Below are positions 9,609 to 21,543 of a stretch of DNA of 64,000 bases, one piece after another. The notes beneath the pieces are model-generated. The model did not search any database. It was not told where the DNA came from and saw nothing but the letters and a program-made list of their open reading frames with translations. The translations under genes and the position numbers were made by a program. Numbering within the stretch: the stretch's first letter is position 1; every line of letters starts with the position of its first letter. The DNA is from Microcystaceae cyanobacterium (lineage in GTDB: Bacteria > Cyanobacteriota > Cyanobacteriia > Cyanobacteriales > Microcystaceae): NCBI GenBank assembly GCA_041746575.1, contig JBGTGT010000116.1, forward strand, positions 1 to 64,000, written 5' to 3'.

Positions 9609-10919
9609 ATGACCGATGATAGTAGCACATTCCCTGATCTTGGACAACAAATTCTGAGGATCATTCAGCGTTATTCCAATTCTCAAGAAATGCTCTCAGA
9701 AATTGCCGCTTTTCTGGGAGAACGATTTAATGCTGATAGCTGTATATTGATAGTCGATCAAGCTTCACTCCTCGTTGTTTGGCCGCCTCAAGAGGATAGT
9801 GATAGACTTAGGGAATTGCAGGTCAGTTTGGGGGATCAATCTGGGCTCAAAACCTTAAAAAACAGTCAGAATAAGCAAATTATTATCTTAAATCATTTTT
9901 CTCAGTCGGGGTTAATTCTAGAAACCGTTCTCGCTATGACCACAGTTTTCCGATTGAAAAAAAATGGAATTTTGTTATTAGGGAGTATTAAACAGCGTAA
10001 ATGGACTGAAAGCGAGAAAAATAGTCTAGAAAATTTGGCTGATGCCCTCTCAATCGCTTATTTTATGTCTCATTCTTCGGATACGGCTTTTTTAGTCGAC
10101 TCATCAAAATCAACAAATACCATGAGTCCGATTGTTCTTCGATTATATGAACTAAAGCAACAACAATTGGCGCAACAACAACAATTAAACGAAATGAAGG
10201 ATAATATCATCGATGCAATTAGTGATAAGGCTAGAAATCCGTTATCGGTTATGCGTATAGCACTTGAGATGTTGAAACAAGATAATTTGCCTCATGCGCT
10301 ACAACAACGTTCTGTTTCTAGTTTAGAAGAGGCGTGGCAACAGTTAAATATTTTGATTAATAATATCGTAACGCTCAAACAATTACAAGCAAACGAAATA
10401 ACAGTTACAGCTCACGCTTTGTCTTTACAATCTTTTATTGAGGAAATTATCCAGCCTTTAAGGGAAAAATGGCAAAATGATCCCCGTAAATTACTGAACT
10501 TAGAACTGAAATTTGAAGCCTTGCCTCACCCCTTTTATACAGATCCTAAGTATTTACAATTGATTATTGAAGAATTATTAGGAAATGCAGCCAATTATGC
10601 TGACAAGGAGTCGACGATTCAGGTTCATCTTGAACCCTACTTGATTGATTCAGAACAATACATAATGAGGATTCAGAATGTTGGATGTCCCATTGAAGCC
10701 ACTGAAACTGAACAAATTTTTGCTTTGTTTAGGCGAGGAAAATATGCCTTAGAAAAATCGATTCCGGGAACAGGAATTGGATTATCTTTAGTTAAGGGAT
10801 TGGTCGAATTATTACAAGGTCGCATTCAGTTACACCGTGAACCCAGTGACAAAACTGGCTCAGATGTTATTACTGTAACTGTTACCATTCCTTCGATTGT
10901 ACCTATTGCAAACCGTTAA
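9609..10919 (+). CDS. GAF-domain histidine-kinase-like protein with degenerate H-box
   Basis: GAF-like N-terminus, DHp helix ISDKARNPL, N-box ELLGNAANYA, F-box IFALFRRG and G2 GTGIGL. Confidence 0.8.
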   Translation: MTDDSSTFPDLGQQILRIIQRYSNSQEMLSEIAAFLGERFNADSCILIVDQASLLVVWPPQEDSDRLRELQVSLGDQSGLKTLKNSQNKQIIILNHFSQSGLILETVLAMTTVFRLKKNGILLLGSIKQRKWTESEKNSLENLADALSIAYFMSHSSDTAFLVDSSKSTNTMSPIVLRLYELKQQQLAQQQQLNEMKDNIIDAISDKARNPLSVMRIALEMLKQDNLPHALQQRSVSSLEEAWQQLNILINNIVTLKQLQANEITVTAHALSLQSFIEEIIQPLREKWQNDPRKLLNLELKFEALPHPFYTDPKYLQLIIEELLGNAANYADKESTIQVHLEPYLIDSEQYIMRIQNVGCPIEATETEQIFALFRRGKYALEKSIPGTGIGLSLVKGLVELLQGRIQLHREPSDKTGSDVITVTVTIPSIVPIANR

Positions 10920-10926
10920 GTGAATT

Positions 10927-12618
10927 ATGGGAAATGAACAAATTATTCGTTCAATCTCTCGCCCCTTACGCTGGCAGAAATCATTATATTCTCCTTGGCT
11001 CCGTCAGTGGGAGATTTTTGGGGTTTTGTGGGGATTTTTACGTCGCCTGGGGTTTGATAAGATCACGGGTAATGAAACCGCAAAACAACGCCGTCGTCGA
11101 GCAAAATGGTTGGTGAGAAAGCTATTAGAATTAGGTCCAACATTTATCAAAATTGGTCAATCATTATCCACTCGAATTGATTTACTTCCTATAGAATATG
11201 TACAAGAATTAAGTCAGTTACAAGATAAAGTTCCAGCTTTTGAAAGTGAAACGGCGATCGCTGTTATTGAATCAGAATTAGGAAAACCCCTTGCTGAGTT
11301 ATTTGAAGGGTTTGAATCTCACCCCTTAGCATCAGCGAGTCTGGGACAAGTTCATCTAGCCAAATTGAGAACCGGCGAGGTGGTAGTGGTTAAAGTTCAG
11401 CGACCGGCATTAGAACCCCTATTTAACTTAGATTTTGAGGTTTTACACCGATTTGTGCGATGGAGTAAGAGGTTATTACCGGGATTAAAAAAGTATGAAC
11501 TAGAGGGAATCTATCAAGAGTTTTTCGAGTTATTATTTAAGGAAATTGATTATATTCATGAAGGAAAGAATGCAGAACGCTTTCGAGAAAATTTCAAAAA
11601 CCATGCTCGTATTAAAGTTCCTAAAGTCTATTGGAAATATACCACAAAAAAAGTTTTAACGCTCGAATATTTACCCGGCATTAAAGTTGACGATCGTCAA
11701 ACTTTGCAAGAAAAAGGAATTAACTTAGATCAGGTTATCCAGCGGGGGATTTGTTCTTATTTAAAACAGCTTCTACAGGATGGTTTTTTTCAATCTGATC
11801 CCCATCCCGGTAATATGGCAGTGGCATTAAATGGTGACTTGATTTTCTATGATTTTGGCACAATGGCTGAAGTTAAAACTATGGCCAAAGATCAGATGAT
11901 TCAAACTTTTTTTGCTATTCTGCGTAAAGATACGAATAAAGTGGTTGAAACGCTAGTTTATATGGGATTAATAGAACCCGTTAAAGACATGACTTCTATT
12001 AAGCGAATTGTTGCTTTTTTGCTCGAAAATTTTCGGGATAAACCCGTCGATATTAAAGCGTTAGAACGGATGAGTGATGAAATCTATGATATGTTCCGAC
12101 AACAACCGTTTCGTCTGCCGCCTCAAATGACCTTTATTATTAAATCAGTCACCACTTTAGATGGCATTGCAAGGGCATTAGATCCCCAGTATAATTTATT
12201 AGCAGCCAGTCAACCTTTTGTCAGAAGTTTAGCCGTTTCTCAGTCCAAACAATCTTTAGTCACAACCTTGGTTCGGCAAACCCGCCAAGTATTCCTTAGT
12301 CAGTTTATCTCCCGTCAGCGATCTCAACAACATTTAAGGGAAGTTACGGATAAAATTGAACGAGGTGACCTAGAAATTTTCACTCGCTCTCGTCAACAAG
12401 AAAAGCTATTAAAAAGAATTTACTTAGGTCTCAAAACCCTTCTTTATACCTTTCTCAGTGGGTTTAGTCTATTAGCGGCTCTTCTGTTATTATCAACCGC
12501 TTATGCTAAAATAGCCCTGATTGGCTTTAGTTTATCAACATTATTTGGTTTATTTTTATTACAATCGTTGATCAAATTATGGCTACAGGAAAAATTCGAT
12601 CAAGCGACTGAGCGATAA
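10927..12618 (+). CDS. ABC1/UbiB (AarF) family kinase
   Basis: LGPTFIKIGQ, ASASLGQVH, VKVQRP, DPHPGN, DFG and two C-terminal TM helices. Confidence 0.93.
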   Translation: MGNEQIIRSISRPLRWQKSLYSPWLRQWEIFGVLWGFLRRLGFDKITGNETAKQRRRRAKWLVRKLLELGPTFIKIGQSLSTRIDLLPIEYVQELSQLQDKVPAFESETAIAVIESELGKPLAELFEGFESHPLASASLGQVHLAKLRTGEVVVVKVQRPALEPLFNLDFEVLHRFVRWSKRLLPGLKKYELEGIYQEFFELLFKEIDYIHEGKNAERFRENFKNHARIKVPKVYWKYTTKKVLTLEYLPGIKVDDRQTLQEKGINLDQVIQRGICSYLKQLLQDGFFQSDPHPGNMAVALNGDLIFYDFGTMAEVKTMAKDQMIQTFFAILRKDTNKVVETLVYMGLIEPVKDMTSIKRIVAFLLENFRDKPVDIKALERMSDEIYDMFRQQPFRLPPQMTFIIKSVTTLDGIARALDPQYNLLAASQPFVRSLAVSQSKQSLVTTLVRQTRQVFLSQFISRQRSQQHLREVTDKIERGDLEIFTRSRQQEKLLKRIYLGLKTLLYTFLSGFSLLAALLLLSTAYAKIALIGFSLSTLFGLFLLQSLIKLWLQEKFDQATER

Positions 12619-12731
12619 CCCTTATTCTCTACTCAATCCAATCAGCCATGAATGCTATTGGTTTTCCCTTCCTTGCTTACTTGTTTTGTCCTGCTTTTTC
12701 CTTCATTTAATAACTCACTATATCAGGATTT

Positions 12732-14558
12732 ATGATGAGACATCCTGCTCCTCGCCTTACACAATATCGCATTTTGGGACAAATTGGAGAAGGTCAATTT
12801 GGTCAAGTTTATTGTGCGCTTCACCGTCAAACGGGAGAATTAGTGGCGATTAAACGGCTAGATCTTCAAGGATTTCCTACTAATCAATTTATTCGAGAGA
12901 TGGCTTTTTTATTAAGCTTAAAGCACCCTAATATTGTCTCTTGTAAAGGAATGCAATATCAAAAAAATGACCGCTATTTAATAACTGATTATTGCGAAGG
13001 TGGAACGTTACGAGATTTGATAGAATTGCAGGGAGAGATTACATTATTCCAGCGTCTTAAGTTAATTTCAGATATCTTAAAAGGATTAGATTATGCTCAT
13101 CAGCAAAAGATTATTCACTGTGATTTAAAACCCGAAAATATTTTATTAACGGTAGAATCGTCAGGATGGCAAGCGAGAATTACCGATTTTGGAATTGCAA
13201 GATTGCAAGAATGGGGAAATCAAAATACAGGAAGAGGATATACAGGTTCACCAGCCTATATGGCACCTGAACGCTTTTATGGTCGCTTTTCTGTTCATTC
13301 TGATATTTATGCAGTGGGAGTCATGCTGTATGAAATTTTAATAGGAAAACGCCCTTTTTCGGGACTTCCGGGGCAATTAATGGTGGCACATCTGAATCAA
13401 CGTATCGAGATGCCGACGCATCTTCCTAAAGTCTTTTATCCAATTATTATTAAAGCGTTAGAAAAATTACCCCAACGGCGTTATGATAGTGCCAACGAAA
13501 TGTTAATTAAACTCGAAAATGCCATTTCTTCTTTACCTAAATCATTAATTTTTTCAGGGATGAAATCTGGGTTGTCATTCCCCCACTCTTTTTGTCAGCT
13601 TAAATTGTTACGTTATACCCCCTTAGCTTTTCAAGTCACTCATTTAGCCGTTAAAGACCGACAAATTTATTTAGCTTTTGATAAACAATTATGGTGTCAA
13701 ATCTATCCCAGCGATCAGGTCGAAGGTTTTCCTTGCCAAGAATGGCAAATTTTATTTAATCATTCAATTGTGGCTTTAGAAGTAGGCAAACAAGGTTGTT
13801 TTATCCTATCAAAAGGCAAACAAAAGTTTTATTTATACCAAATTCCCTTTAACCCAATTTCCGCTCATGCGGTTGCTGAGGACTTTTTACTAACTTCATG
13901 GACAGCCACGAAATTTACCTTTACTCTTGATCCAGAAGGTCATTGGTTAGGAATGGTTTATCGTCCGACTGAAGATAAATCATCGACGGTTTTTCAATTG
14001 CTTAAATTGCCTGAGTTAAAGCTTCTTAAAGCACCCATTGCGTTCTCTTATCCCATTTATTTTGCGTTTTTGGATCAACGTCATGGTATTGCGTTTCATC
14101 TATACCAAAGGGGAGAAGAATGGCAGACGCGGTTTAAGTTTTTCAATCGTCGGGGAGCAATTATTTCAGGCTTAACTTTACCGTTTGGCTTGTATAATAT
14201 TACAACCCATAAAACTTTGCCCTACTGTCTTTTTGCGACGGATATTGCTCATCGTTCTCTCGGCTTTGTTATTCAGCTCAAACCGTGGAAAATAAGCAAA
14301 ATTTCTTTAGAAATTGAGATTGACTTTATTGCTCCCCATGTCATGGGTTTTTGCGTAGCTAATCAGCAAGGTACGTTGATTATTTTAGACAATCAAGGCA
14401 TAAGAATTAATCAATGTTTGTTAGCGATTGAAGGAAAAATGACCGCTATGACCATGGCTAATCATACCCAATTACTAATAACAACTTGGCATAAAAAACA
14501 AGGAAAGTTATATTATTTTGACTTCAGAAAACTTTTAGAAAACGCAGAAGACGAATAG
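12732..14558 (+). CDS. Hanks-type Ser/Thr protein kinase
   Basis: GEGQFG, VAIK, HCDLKPEN, DFG and YMAPE, with a beta-rich C-terminal domain. Confidence 0.93.
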   Translation: MMRHPAPRLTQYRILGQIGEGQFGQVYCALHRQTGELVAIKRLDLQGFPTNQFIREMAFLLSLKHPNIVSCKGMQYQKNDRYLITDYCEGGTLRDLIELQGEITLFQRLKLISDILKGLDYAHQQKIIHCDLKPENILLTVESSGWQARITDFGIARLQEWGNQNTGRGYTGSPAYMAPERFYGRFSVHSDIYAVGVMLYEILIGKRPFSGLPGQLMVAHLNQRIEMPTHLPKVFYPIIIKALEKLPQRRYDSANEMLIKLENAISSLPKSLIFSGMKSGLSFPHSFCQLKLLRYTPLAFQVTHLAVKDRQIYLAFDKQLWCQIYPSDQVEGFPCQEWQILFNHSIVALEVGKQGCFILSKGKQKFYLYQIPFNPISAHAVAEDFLLTSWTATKFTFTLDPEGHWLGMVYRPTEDKSSTVFQLLKLPELKLLKAPIAFSYPIYFAFLDQRHGIAFHLYQRGEEWQTRFKFFNRRGAIISGLTLPFGLYNITTHKTLPYCLFATDIAHRSLGFVIQLKPWKISKISLEIEIDFIAPHVMGFCVANQQGTLIILDNQGIRINQCLLAIEGKMTAMTMANHTQLLITTWHKKQGKLYYFDFRKLLENAEDE

Positions 14559-14683
14559 GAGATAGAAAGTAGAAAAAGACAAGAGTCTACCATTCGTTAT
14601 TCATAATTTTTAAATCTAGATCAGTTAAGTTTTCATGATATAATAGCGGGAAACGGCAAAATTAAAACAATAAATTTAAGTTT

Positions 14684-15046
14684 ATGACTGACACGAACAA
14701 CAACGATAAAACCCTCGAAATGATGAAAAACTTCGCTGAACAATATGCTAAGCGAACCGACACCTATTTTTGTAGTGATCTTTCCGTAACGGCGGTGGTT
14801 ATTGAAGGTTTAGCTCGCCATAAAGAGGAGCTAGGCGCACCCTTGTGTCCTTGCCGCCACTATGAAGATAAAGAAGCAGAAGTCAAAAATACGTTCTGGA
14901 ATTGCCCTTGCGTACCTATGCGGGAACGGAAAGAGTGCCACTGTATGTTATTTATCACCCCCGATAATGATTTTGCAGGAGACCAGCAAGATATTGATTT
15001 GGCGTATCTTCAAGAAATCAAAGCCAGTATGGGTCAAAAAACATGA
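14684..15046 (+). CDS. ftrC: ferredoxin-thioredoxin reductase catalytic chain
   Basis: CPCRH, CPC and CHC motifs. Confidence 0.96.
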   Translation: MTDTNNNDKTLEMMKNFAEQYAKRTDTYFCSDLSVTAVVIEGLARHKEELGAPLCPCRHYEDKEAEVKNTFWNCPCVPMRERKECHCMLFITPDNDFAGDQQDIDLAYLQEIKASMGQKT

Positions 15047-15444
15047 CCCCGTCGGCTTTTTGGCAAGGCGTAGCCGAATTTAATCACCGAGAGTTCTACG
15101 CCTGTCATGATACTTTGGAATCCCTTTGGATGGAAGCGATCGATCTTGATAAAAAGTTTTATCAAGGAATTCTGCAAATTGCAGTGGCTTGCTATCATCT
15201 GGGTCATTATAATTGGCAAGGGGCAGTCACGCTATTAGGGGAGGGGGTTCATCGTTTAATCCCCTATCAACCCGCCTACAAAGATATTGATGTGTCAAAA
15301 TTGGTGGCGGACAGTCATCATCTGCTACGACAATTACAACAGATTGCCCCCGACGACGTTGAGGCATTTGTGACTCAGTTATCTCCCCTTGCCAATCAAG
15401 GATTACCGAAAATAACGCCGTTAATCATTGAAAAACAAGAATAA
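15043..15444 (+). CDS. DUF309 family protein
   Basis: FYACHDTLESLW...YQGILQIAVACYH; ATGA overlap with ftrC. Confidence 0.88.
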   Translation: MTPSAFWQGVAEFNHREFYACHDTLESLWMEAIDLDKKFYQGILQIAVACYHLGHYNWQGAVTLLGEGVHRLIPYQPAYKDIDVSKLVADSHHLLRQLQQIAPDDVEAFVTQLSPLANQGLPKITPLIIEKQE

Positions 15445-15562
15445 AAAGTGAAATAGCTCATTTAACATTCCTAAGATAAAATAAGCGGATATTGACTCTG
15501 CGTAGCTTAGAGCCGTACTCGATTGTCTCCATTATTCACTTTTCAGACGCCCTTGAGCGATA

Positions 15563-15599
15563 ATGCCTCTTTTGCATAATGCTCATGTCCTTTGCTAAT
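15563..15599 (+). promoter_or_regulatory. two tandem LysR-type (NtcB-like) AT-N11-AT sites
   Basis: AT-N11-AT at 15563-15577 and 15585-15599, centred about 51.5 and 29.5 bp upstream of the NtcA box centre. This is the arrangement known from cyanobacterial nirA promoters. Confidence 0.6.
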
Positions 15600-15614
15600 G
15601 ACCGAGACTTTTTT

Positions 15615-15628
15615 GTATTCAACGTTAC
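15615..15628 (+). promoter_or_regulatory. NtcA-binding site upstream of nirA
   Basis: GTA-ttcaacgt-TAC matches the GTA-N8-TAC consensus, with T-run and A-run flanks. Confidence 0.85.
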
Positions 15629-15735
15629 AAAATTCTTCAGAAGAAAACGAATTAAATAGCTATAGACCGCAATCTTATGGAACTTAATAGAATCCTTTAC
15701 ATATAAAAAATAAGCCATTTCGGAGGACATATTTC

Positions 15736-17280
15736 GTGGTACAAACAGCAGAAGGCAAAGACACGGCTAAACTCAATAAATTTGAGAAATTTAAAGCAGA
15801 AAAAGACGGATTAGCTGTTAAAGATGAACTCGAACAGTTTGCCCGAATGGGTTGGGAAGCGATGGACAAAACCGACTTAGAACATCGCCTCAAATGGGTA
15901 GGGATTTTTTATCGTCCGGTAACACCGGGTAAGTTTATGATGCGTCTGCGAATTGCCAATGGCATCCTCACCAGTACCCAGATGAATACCTTGGCGGAAA
16001 TCGTACAACGTTACGGGGAAGATGGCAACGCCGATATTACCACCCGTCAGAACCTGCAATTGCGAGGGATTCGCATTGAGGATGTGCCTGATATCTTTCA
16101 ACGACTCAAAAGCGTTGGGATGACTTCTGTTCAGTCGGGAATGGATAATGTCCGCAATATTACCGGTTCCCCAATGGCAGGCATCGACCCCGATGAATTA
16201 ATTGACACCCGAGAATGGGTGCAAAAAACCCAAGATATGATTACCAATCGGGGCGAAGGTAACTATGAGTTCACCAATCTTCCTCGTAAGTTCAATATCG
16301 CTATTGAGGGGGGACGGGATAACTCAGTTCATGCCGAAATCAATGATATTGCCTTTGTTCCAGCTTACAAAGAGGGCGAATTAGGGTTCAATGTCGTTGT
16401 TGGTGGTTTTTTCTCAGCACGACGCTGTGAGGCTGCGATTCCCTTAAATGTATGGCTTCTCCCCAACGAGGACGTAGTGAGCCTTTCCCGCGCCATTTTG
16501 GAAGTATATCGTGAACACGGATTGCGAGAAAACCGTCAAAAATCTCGTTTAATGTGGTTAATTGAAGAATTAGGGCTGGAAACTTTTCGTTCTATGGTGG
16601 AAAAACGGATGGGTAAACCCTTAACCACGGCGGCAGCAGAAGATGCCATTGACTGGGAAAAACGAGACCATATTGGCGTATTTAAGCAAAAACAAGCTGG
16701 ATTGAACTACGTCGGACTGTACGTTCCTATCGGCCGACTTTATGCCCAAGATATGTTTGATTTAGCCCGCTTAGCAGAAGTCTATGGCAAGGGAGAGATT
16801 CGCTTGACGGTGGAGCAAAATTTGATTATTCCTCATATTTCCGACGAAAATTTGGACACTTTCCTAGCTGAACCCCTCTTAGAAAAGTTTACTCTCAATC
16901 CTGCACCTTTAGAACGGTCGCTCGTGTCCTGTACTGGGTCACAATTTTGTAACTTTGCCCTTGTAGAGACGAAAAATCGTGCCTTAGCCATGACTCGTCA
17001 ACTGGATGAAGAATTAGAAATCCCCGAAAAAGTGCGAATTCATTGGACAGGATGCCCTAATTCCTGCGGACAACCCCAAGTAGCCGATATTGGCTTAATG
17101 GGAACAAAGGTTCGTAAAGACGGCAAAACGGTTGAGGGTGTTGACCTTTATATGGGTGGAAAAGTGGGTAAAGAGGCAAAATTAGGAGAATGCGTCCAGA
17201 AAGGTATTGCTTGTGATGATTTACCTGCTACCTTGCGTCAATTACTTATTGATAACTTTGGGGCAAAACTGAAAGGTTAA
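15736..17280 (+). CDS. nirA: ferredoxin-nitrite reductase
   Basis: TNLPRKFN, SCTGSQFC and GCPNSCGQ siroheme/4Fe-4S motifs; GTG start with GGAGG RBS. Confidence 0.96.
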   Translation: MVQTAEGKDTAKLNKFEKFKAEKDGLAVKDELEQFARMGWEAMDKTDLEHRLKWVGIFYRPVTPGKFMMRLRIANGILTSTQMNTLAEIVQRYGEDGNADITTRQNLQLRGIRIEDVPDIFQRLKSVGMTSVQSGMDNVRNITGSPMAGIDPDELIDTREWVQKTQDMITNRGEGNYEFTNLPRKFNIAIEGGRDNSVHAEINDIAFVPAYKEGELGFNVVVGGFFSARRCEAAIPLNVWLLPNEDVVSLSRAILEVYREHGLRENRQKSRLMWLIEELGLETFRSMVEKRMGKPLTTAAAEDAIDWEKRDHIGVFKQKQAGLNYVGLYVPIGRLYAQDMFDLARLAEVYGKGEIRLTVEQNLIIPHISDENLDTFLAEPLLEKFTLNPAPLERSLVSCTGSQFCNFALVETKNRALAMTRQLDEELEIPEKVRIHWTGCPNSCGQPQVADIGLMGTKVRKDGKTVEGVDLYMGGKVGKEAKLGECVQKGIACDDLPATLRQLLIDNFGAKLKG

Positions 17281-17407
17281 TCTTCCTTTTTGGAGTCTCG
17301 AGAGACATTTAACCCCCCTTACTCTGCCCTTTTCCGCTAAGAGAGAGAAAAAGAACCTTTTTTCAACAGAGGAGTGGGGGGAATTCAAATCAATGAATCT
17401 CGTATCC

Positions 17408-18289
17408 TTATTCTTCCGATAACTCATCCGGGGGTTGACTTTCCAGTTGTTTGACAAGGGATTGCATCGGAGGGGTATTTAAAAAGGTTTCCGTATCCTT
17501 TAATAAACGTTTCCCCCAGAGATTGTCCGCTAAAAACGTCAAATCGCTGTAACGAGCGTCTATTTTAAGGGCTTCTTCTCCTAATTTGAGTCCTTCTGCT
17601 TGTTTTCCTTGGGCATAGACCGCCACCGCCACCGCCAGACGGGGTTCTGCTTGCTGTTGATCAATTTTAATGGCCATTTGCCACTGTTCAATCGCTGACT
17701 TGGTTTCTCCTTGTTCGTACTTAATTAGGCCAATATTGTTAATCGCTGGCCAAAAATCCTTTTCTTGCTTAACTGCTGTTTCATAAGCTTTAATAGAATC
17801 CCCATAGCGATTCATTTTTAGATAAACATTGCCCAAGTCAAACAAAGCCGTTGGCGTATCTGGCTTGAGTTTTAGTCCTTTTTCTAGGTATTGAGCGGCT
17901 AATTTGTAGTCTTTTTGTTGGAAATAGGCATTGCCAAGGGTAAACAGAATTCCCGGTTCTTCGGGTGCCAGTTCTAAAGCTTTATTCAGGGTTTCCACCC
18001 CTTGATCTAGGTCTTCTTTTTGGAGATAGAGGCTCCCCAGAATAAACCACGTTTGATATTGATTCGGTGCCAGTTGAGTCGCCAATTTTGCCCGAGCTAA
18101 GGCCAAATCATATTGACGAAAGCGAACCAGTTGAATCGCTTCTTCGGCATAGACTAACCCTTGTTCTTCTAGTTGTTCGAGATCGAGATTTGGCGTATAG
18201 GGCAATAGTGCTTGTCCAACAGTCGGAAGGGACGCACTCCATACACCAGCACAAGTCAGTAAAGATAATAACCAATGACGTTTAGACAC
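17408..18289 (-). CDS. exported tetratricopeptide-repeat protein
   Basis: Signal peptide followed by multiple TPR units (WFILGSLY, LFTLGNAY, LFDLGNVY, INNIGLIK). Confidence 0.88.
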   Translation of the reverse strand: MSKRHWLLSLLTCAGVWSASLPTVGQALLPYTPNLDLEQLEEQGLVYAEEAIQLVRFRQYDLALARAKLATQLAPNQYQTWFILGSLYLQKEDLDQGVETLNKALELAPEEPGILFTLGNAYFQQKDYKLAAQYLEKGLKLKPDTPTALFDLGNVYLKMNRYGDSIKAYETAVKQEKDFWPAINNIGLIKYEQGETKSAIEQWQMAIKIDQQQAEPRLAVAVAVYAQGKQAEGLKLGEEALKIDARYSDLTFLADNLWGKRLLKDTETFLNTPPMQSLVKQLESQPPDELSEE

Positions 18290-18402
18290 TTAATAGATGC
18301 TCTGAATCGCTTAACAAATCCATCTTATTATAGGATACAGGATGCCTTATGCTATCTTTAGGTCAATTCTGTAATAATGCCTAAAAACCTTAACCCACCT
18401 TC

Positions 18403-18708
18403 ATGAGTAACGATACCCCAGAGAATCTTCATTTAGCCGATTCTCTCGATAAAATGAGCCAAATTATTTGGGAAATTGCCTACAATTGTCAAGGAAACTC
18501 CCAAGACCTCTTAAGTTTACTGCGTACCCTCGAATTATTACACCGTTGTATCCGCATTGAACTGTTTGAAGACAGCCTTCCTGATAACCGCCAAGCACTG
18601 TATCATCTTCTGCGAGAGATTGAGGAGAAAGGAGGGTGGCCGTATATCGAACGGATGCGCCTCAATGCGCTTTTTGAGCATCTTTTCGAAAAAAATCATA
18701 ATCCATGA
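18403..18708 (+). CDS. conserved cyanobacterial hypothetical protein
   Basis: 101 aa, LLRTLELLHR...LPDNRQALYHLLREIEEKGGWPYIERM. Confidence 0.7.
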   Translation: MSNDTPENLHLADSLDKMSQIIWEIAYNCQGNSQDLLSLLRTLELLHRCIRIELFEDSLPDNRQALYHLLREIEEKGGWPYIERMRLNALFEHLFEKNHNP

Positions 18709-18915
18709 TAGATTTGGCTTAAACATCGCCCCAGAGAAAGAGAAAATAAGGAAGTTTGGGCAACGCCCGAAACCATCAGTTCTCCGCTCCCTCATCTTCA
18801 TAAACGACTGTTCAGCGATCCCCATCAATGATAATCTAGGAGTTGGCAAAATTTACGTTAGCTTAACAATTTCGCCTCTCCGCTGTGAATATACATTAAC
18901 TCCCAAGATAGATAA

Positions 18916-20370
<1,455 letters not shown>

Positions 20371-20465
20371 TCCAGCCTTCAGTAACCAGTCAACAATGTC
20401 CGTTTGTCTGTGTCTCGGAGACTGGTTACTTTATTGTCTTTTATATTTAACCTCTTTCAACCGCT

Positions 20466-20876
20466 ATGACCTTATCAGTACGCGTCATTGCCCCCGATAA
20501 AACCGTGTGGGATGACAAAGTCGAGGAAATCATTTTACCTTCCACCAGTGGACAACTGGGCATTCTGAGTGGCCACGCTCCCTTATTAACCGCTTTGGAT
20601 ATTGGGGTGATGCGGGTTCGTCCCAGCAAAGAATGGAAAAATATCGTCGTAATGGGCGGTTTTGCCGAAGTCGAGAATGATGAAGTGAAAGTTCTGGTGA
20701 ATTCAGCCGAATTGGCAGATTCCTTAGATAAGGAGACAGCTCGCACCGAATATAATACGGCGCAGGATACCCTTGCCGAAGCCACCAAAAGCGGCGATCG
20801 CAAAGCCCAATTAAAAGCCAATCAAGCCTACCGTAAAGCCAGAGCGCGGTTTCAGGCAACAGGGGGCATGGTTTAA
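20466..20876 (+). CDS. atpC: ATP synthase F1 epsilon subunit
   Basis: [12 protein letters not shown]; follows the beta subunit. Confidence 0.97.
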   Translation: MTLSVRVIAPDKTVWDDKVEEIILPSTSGQLGILSGHAPLLTALDIGVMRVRPSKEWKNIVVMGGFAEVENDEVKVLVNSAELADSLDKETARTEYNTAQDTLAEATKSGDRKAQLKANQAYRKARARFQATGGMV

Positions 20877-20913
20877 CCTTCAAGGAAATCAAACCCAAAA
20901 TCAGCGCGAAACT

Positions 20914-20943
20914 GGGCAGAAAAGCAAATCGTCTGCCCTTTTT
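20914..20943 (+). terminator. intrinsic terminator after atpC
   Basis: GGGCAGA-loop-TCTGCCC followed by TTTTT. Confidence 0.7.
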
Positions 20944-21008
20944 GATTTTTTTTTGAACGATGGCACCCTACAATTCAGTGTTTGACGTTATCAGAAGAGG
21001 TTATAGCC

Positions 21009-21368
21009 TTAATTGCTGCCGCTAAAAACAATTTTAGGAAATTTTTTCTGAGCCTCAGCCATAGAAAGCCGTCTACCTTGGTTTTTAAGCTCTTGCCAAC
21101 AGTTAATCACCTCAGTCGCTTCATTTAGCACTTGAATACGGTCGGTCTCCGAAATCCAGTGTTTCGCTTCTAATTCGTTTTTCAATTCTTCCCAAGCATC
21201 ACGGCGAGGCCAGAAAAAGTAAGCGGTTAGAGGACTCGTTCCCTTCCCAACCACTTGGTCAACGGCAATGGCGACATTCTCATCTAGCCAAAGCACTTTT
21301 AAAATAAATTTTTGATCTTGAAAGGGCTGCGCTTGCTCTACCGATAATTCTAATCCATTGACGGACAT
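21009..21368 (-). CDS. ycf65: 30S ribosomal protein PSRP-3 (Ycf65)
   Basis: FILKVLWL...[28 protein letters not shown]. Confidence 0.92.
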   Translation of the reverse strand: MSVNGLELSVEQAQPFQDQKFILKVLWLDENVAIAVDQVVGKGTSPLTAYFFWPRRDAWEELKNELEAKHWISETDRIQVLNEATEVINCWQELKNQGRRLSMAEAQKKFPKIVFSGSN

Positions 21369-21543
21369 AATGATTGATTCAGACTAATAGGACAATATTC
21401 GATTATATCATAATTCATTTGACGTTAAGCCGCTTAGTGTTTTAATCCCTAAGCTAAGTAAGCACACATCATCGGGCAACAATGGAGTAAAGCTAGACTT
21501 TGCTTCAAATTGCGTTTGATTATTGCTGTTAAAAATAAAGCGA

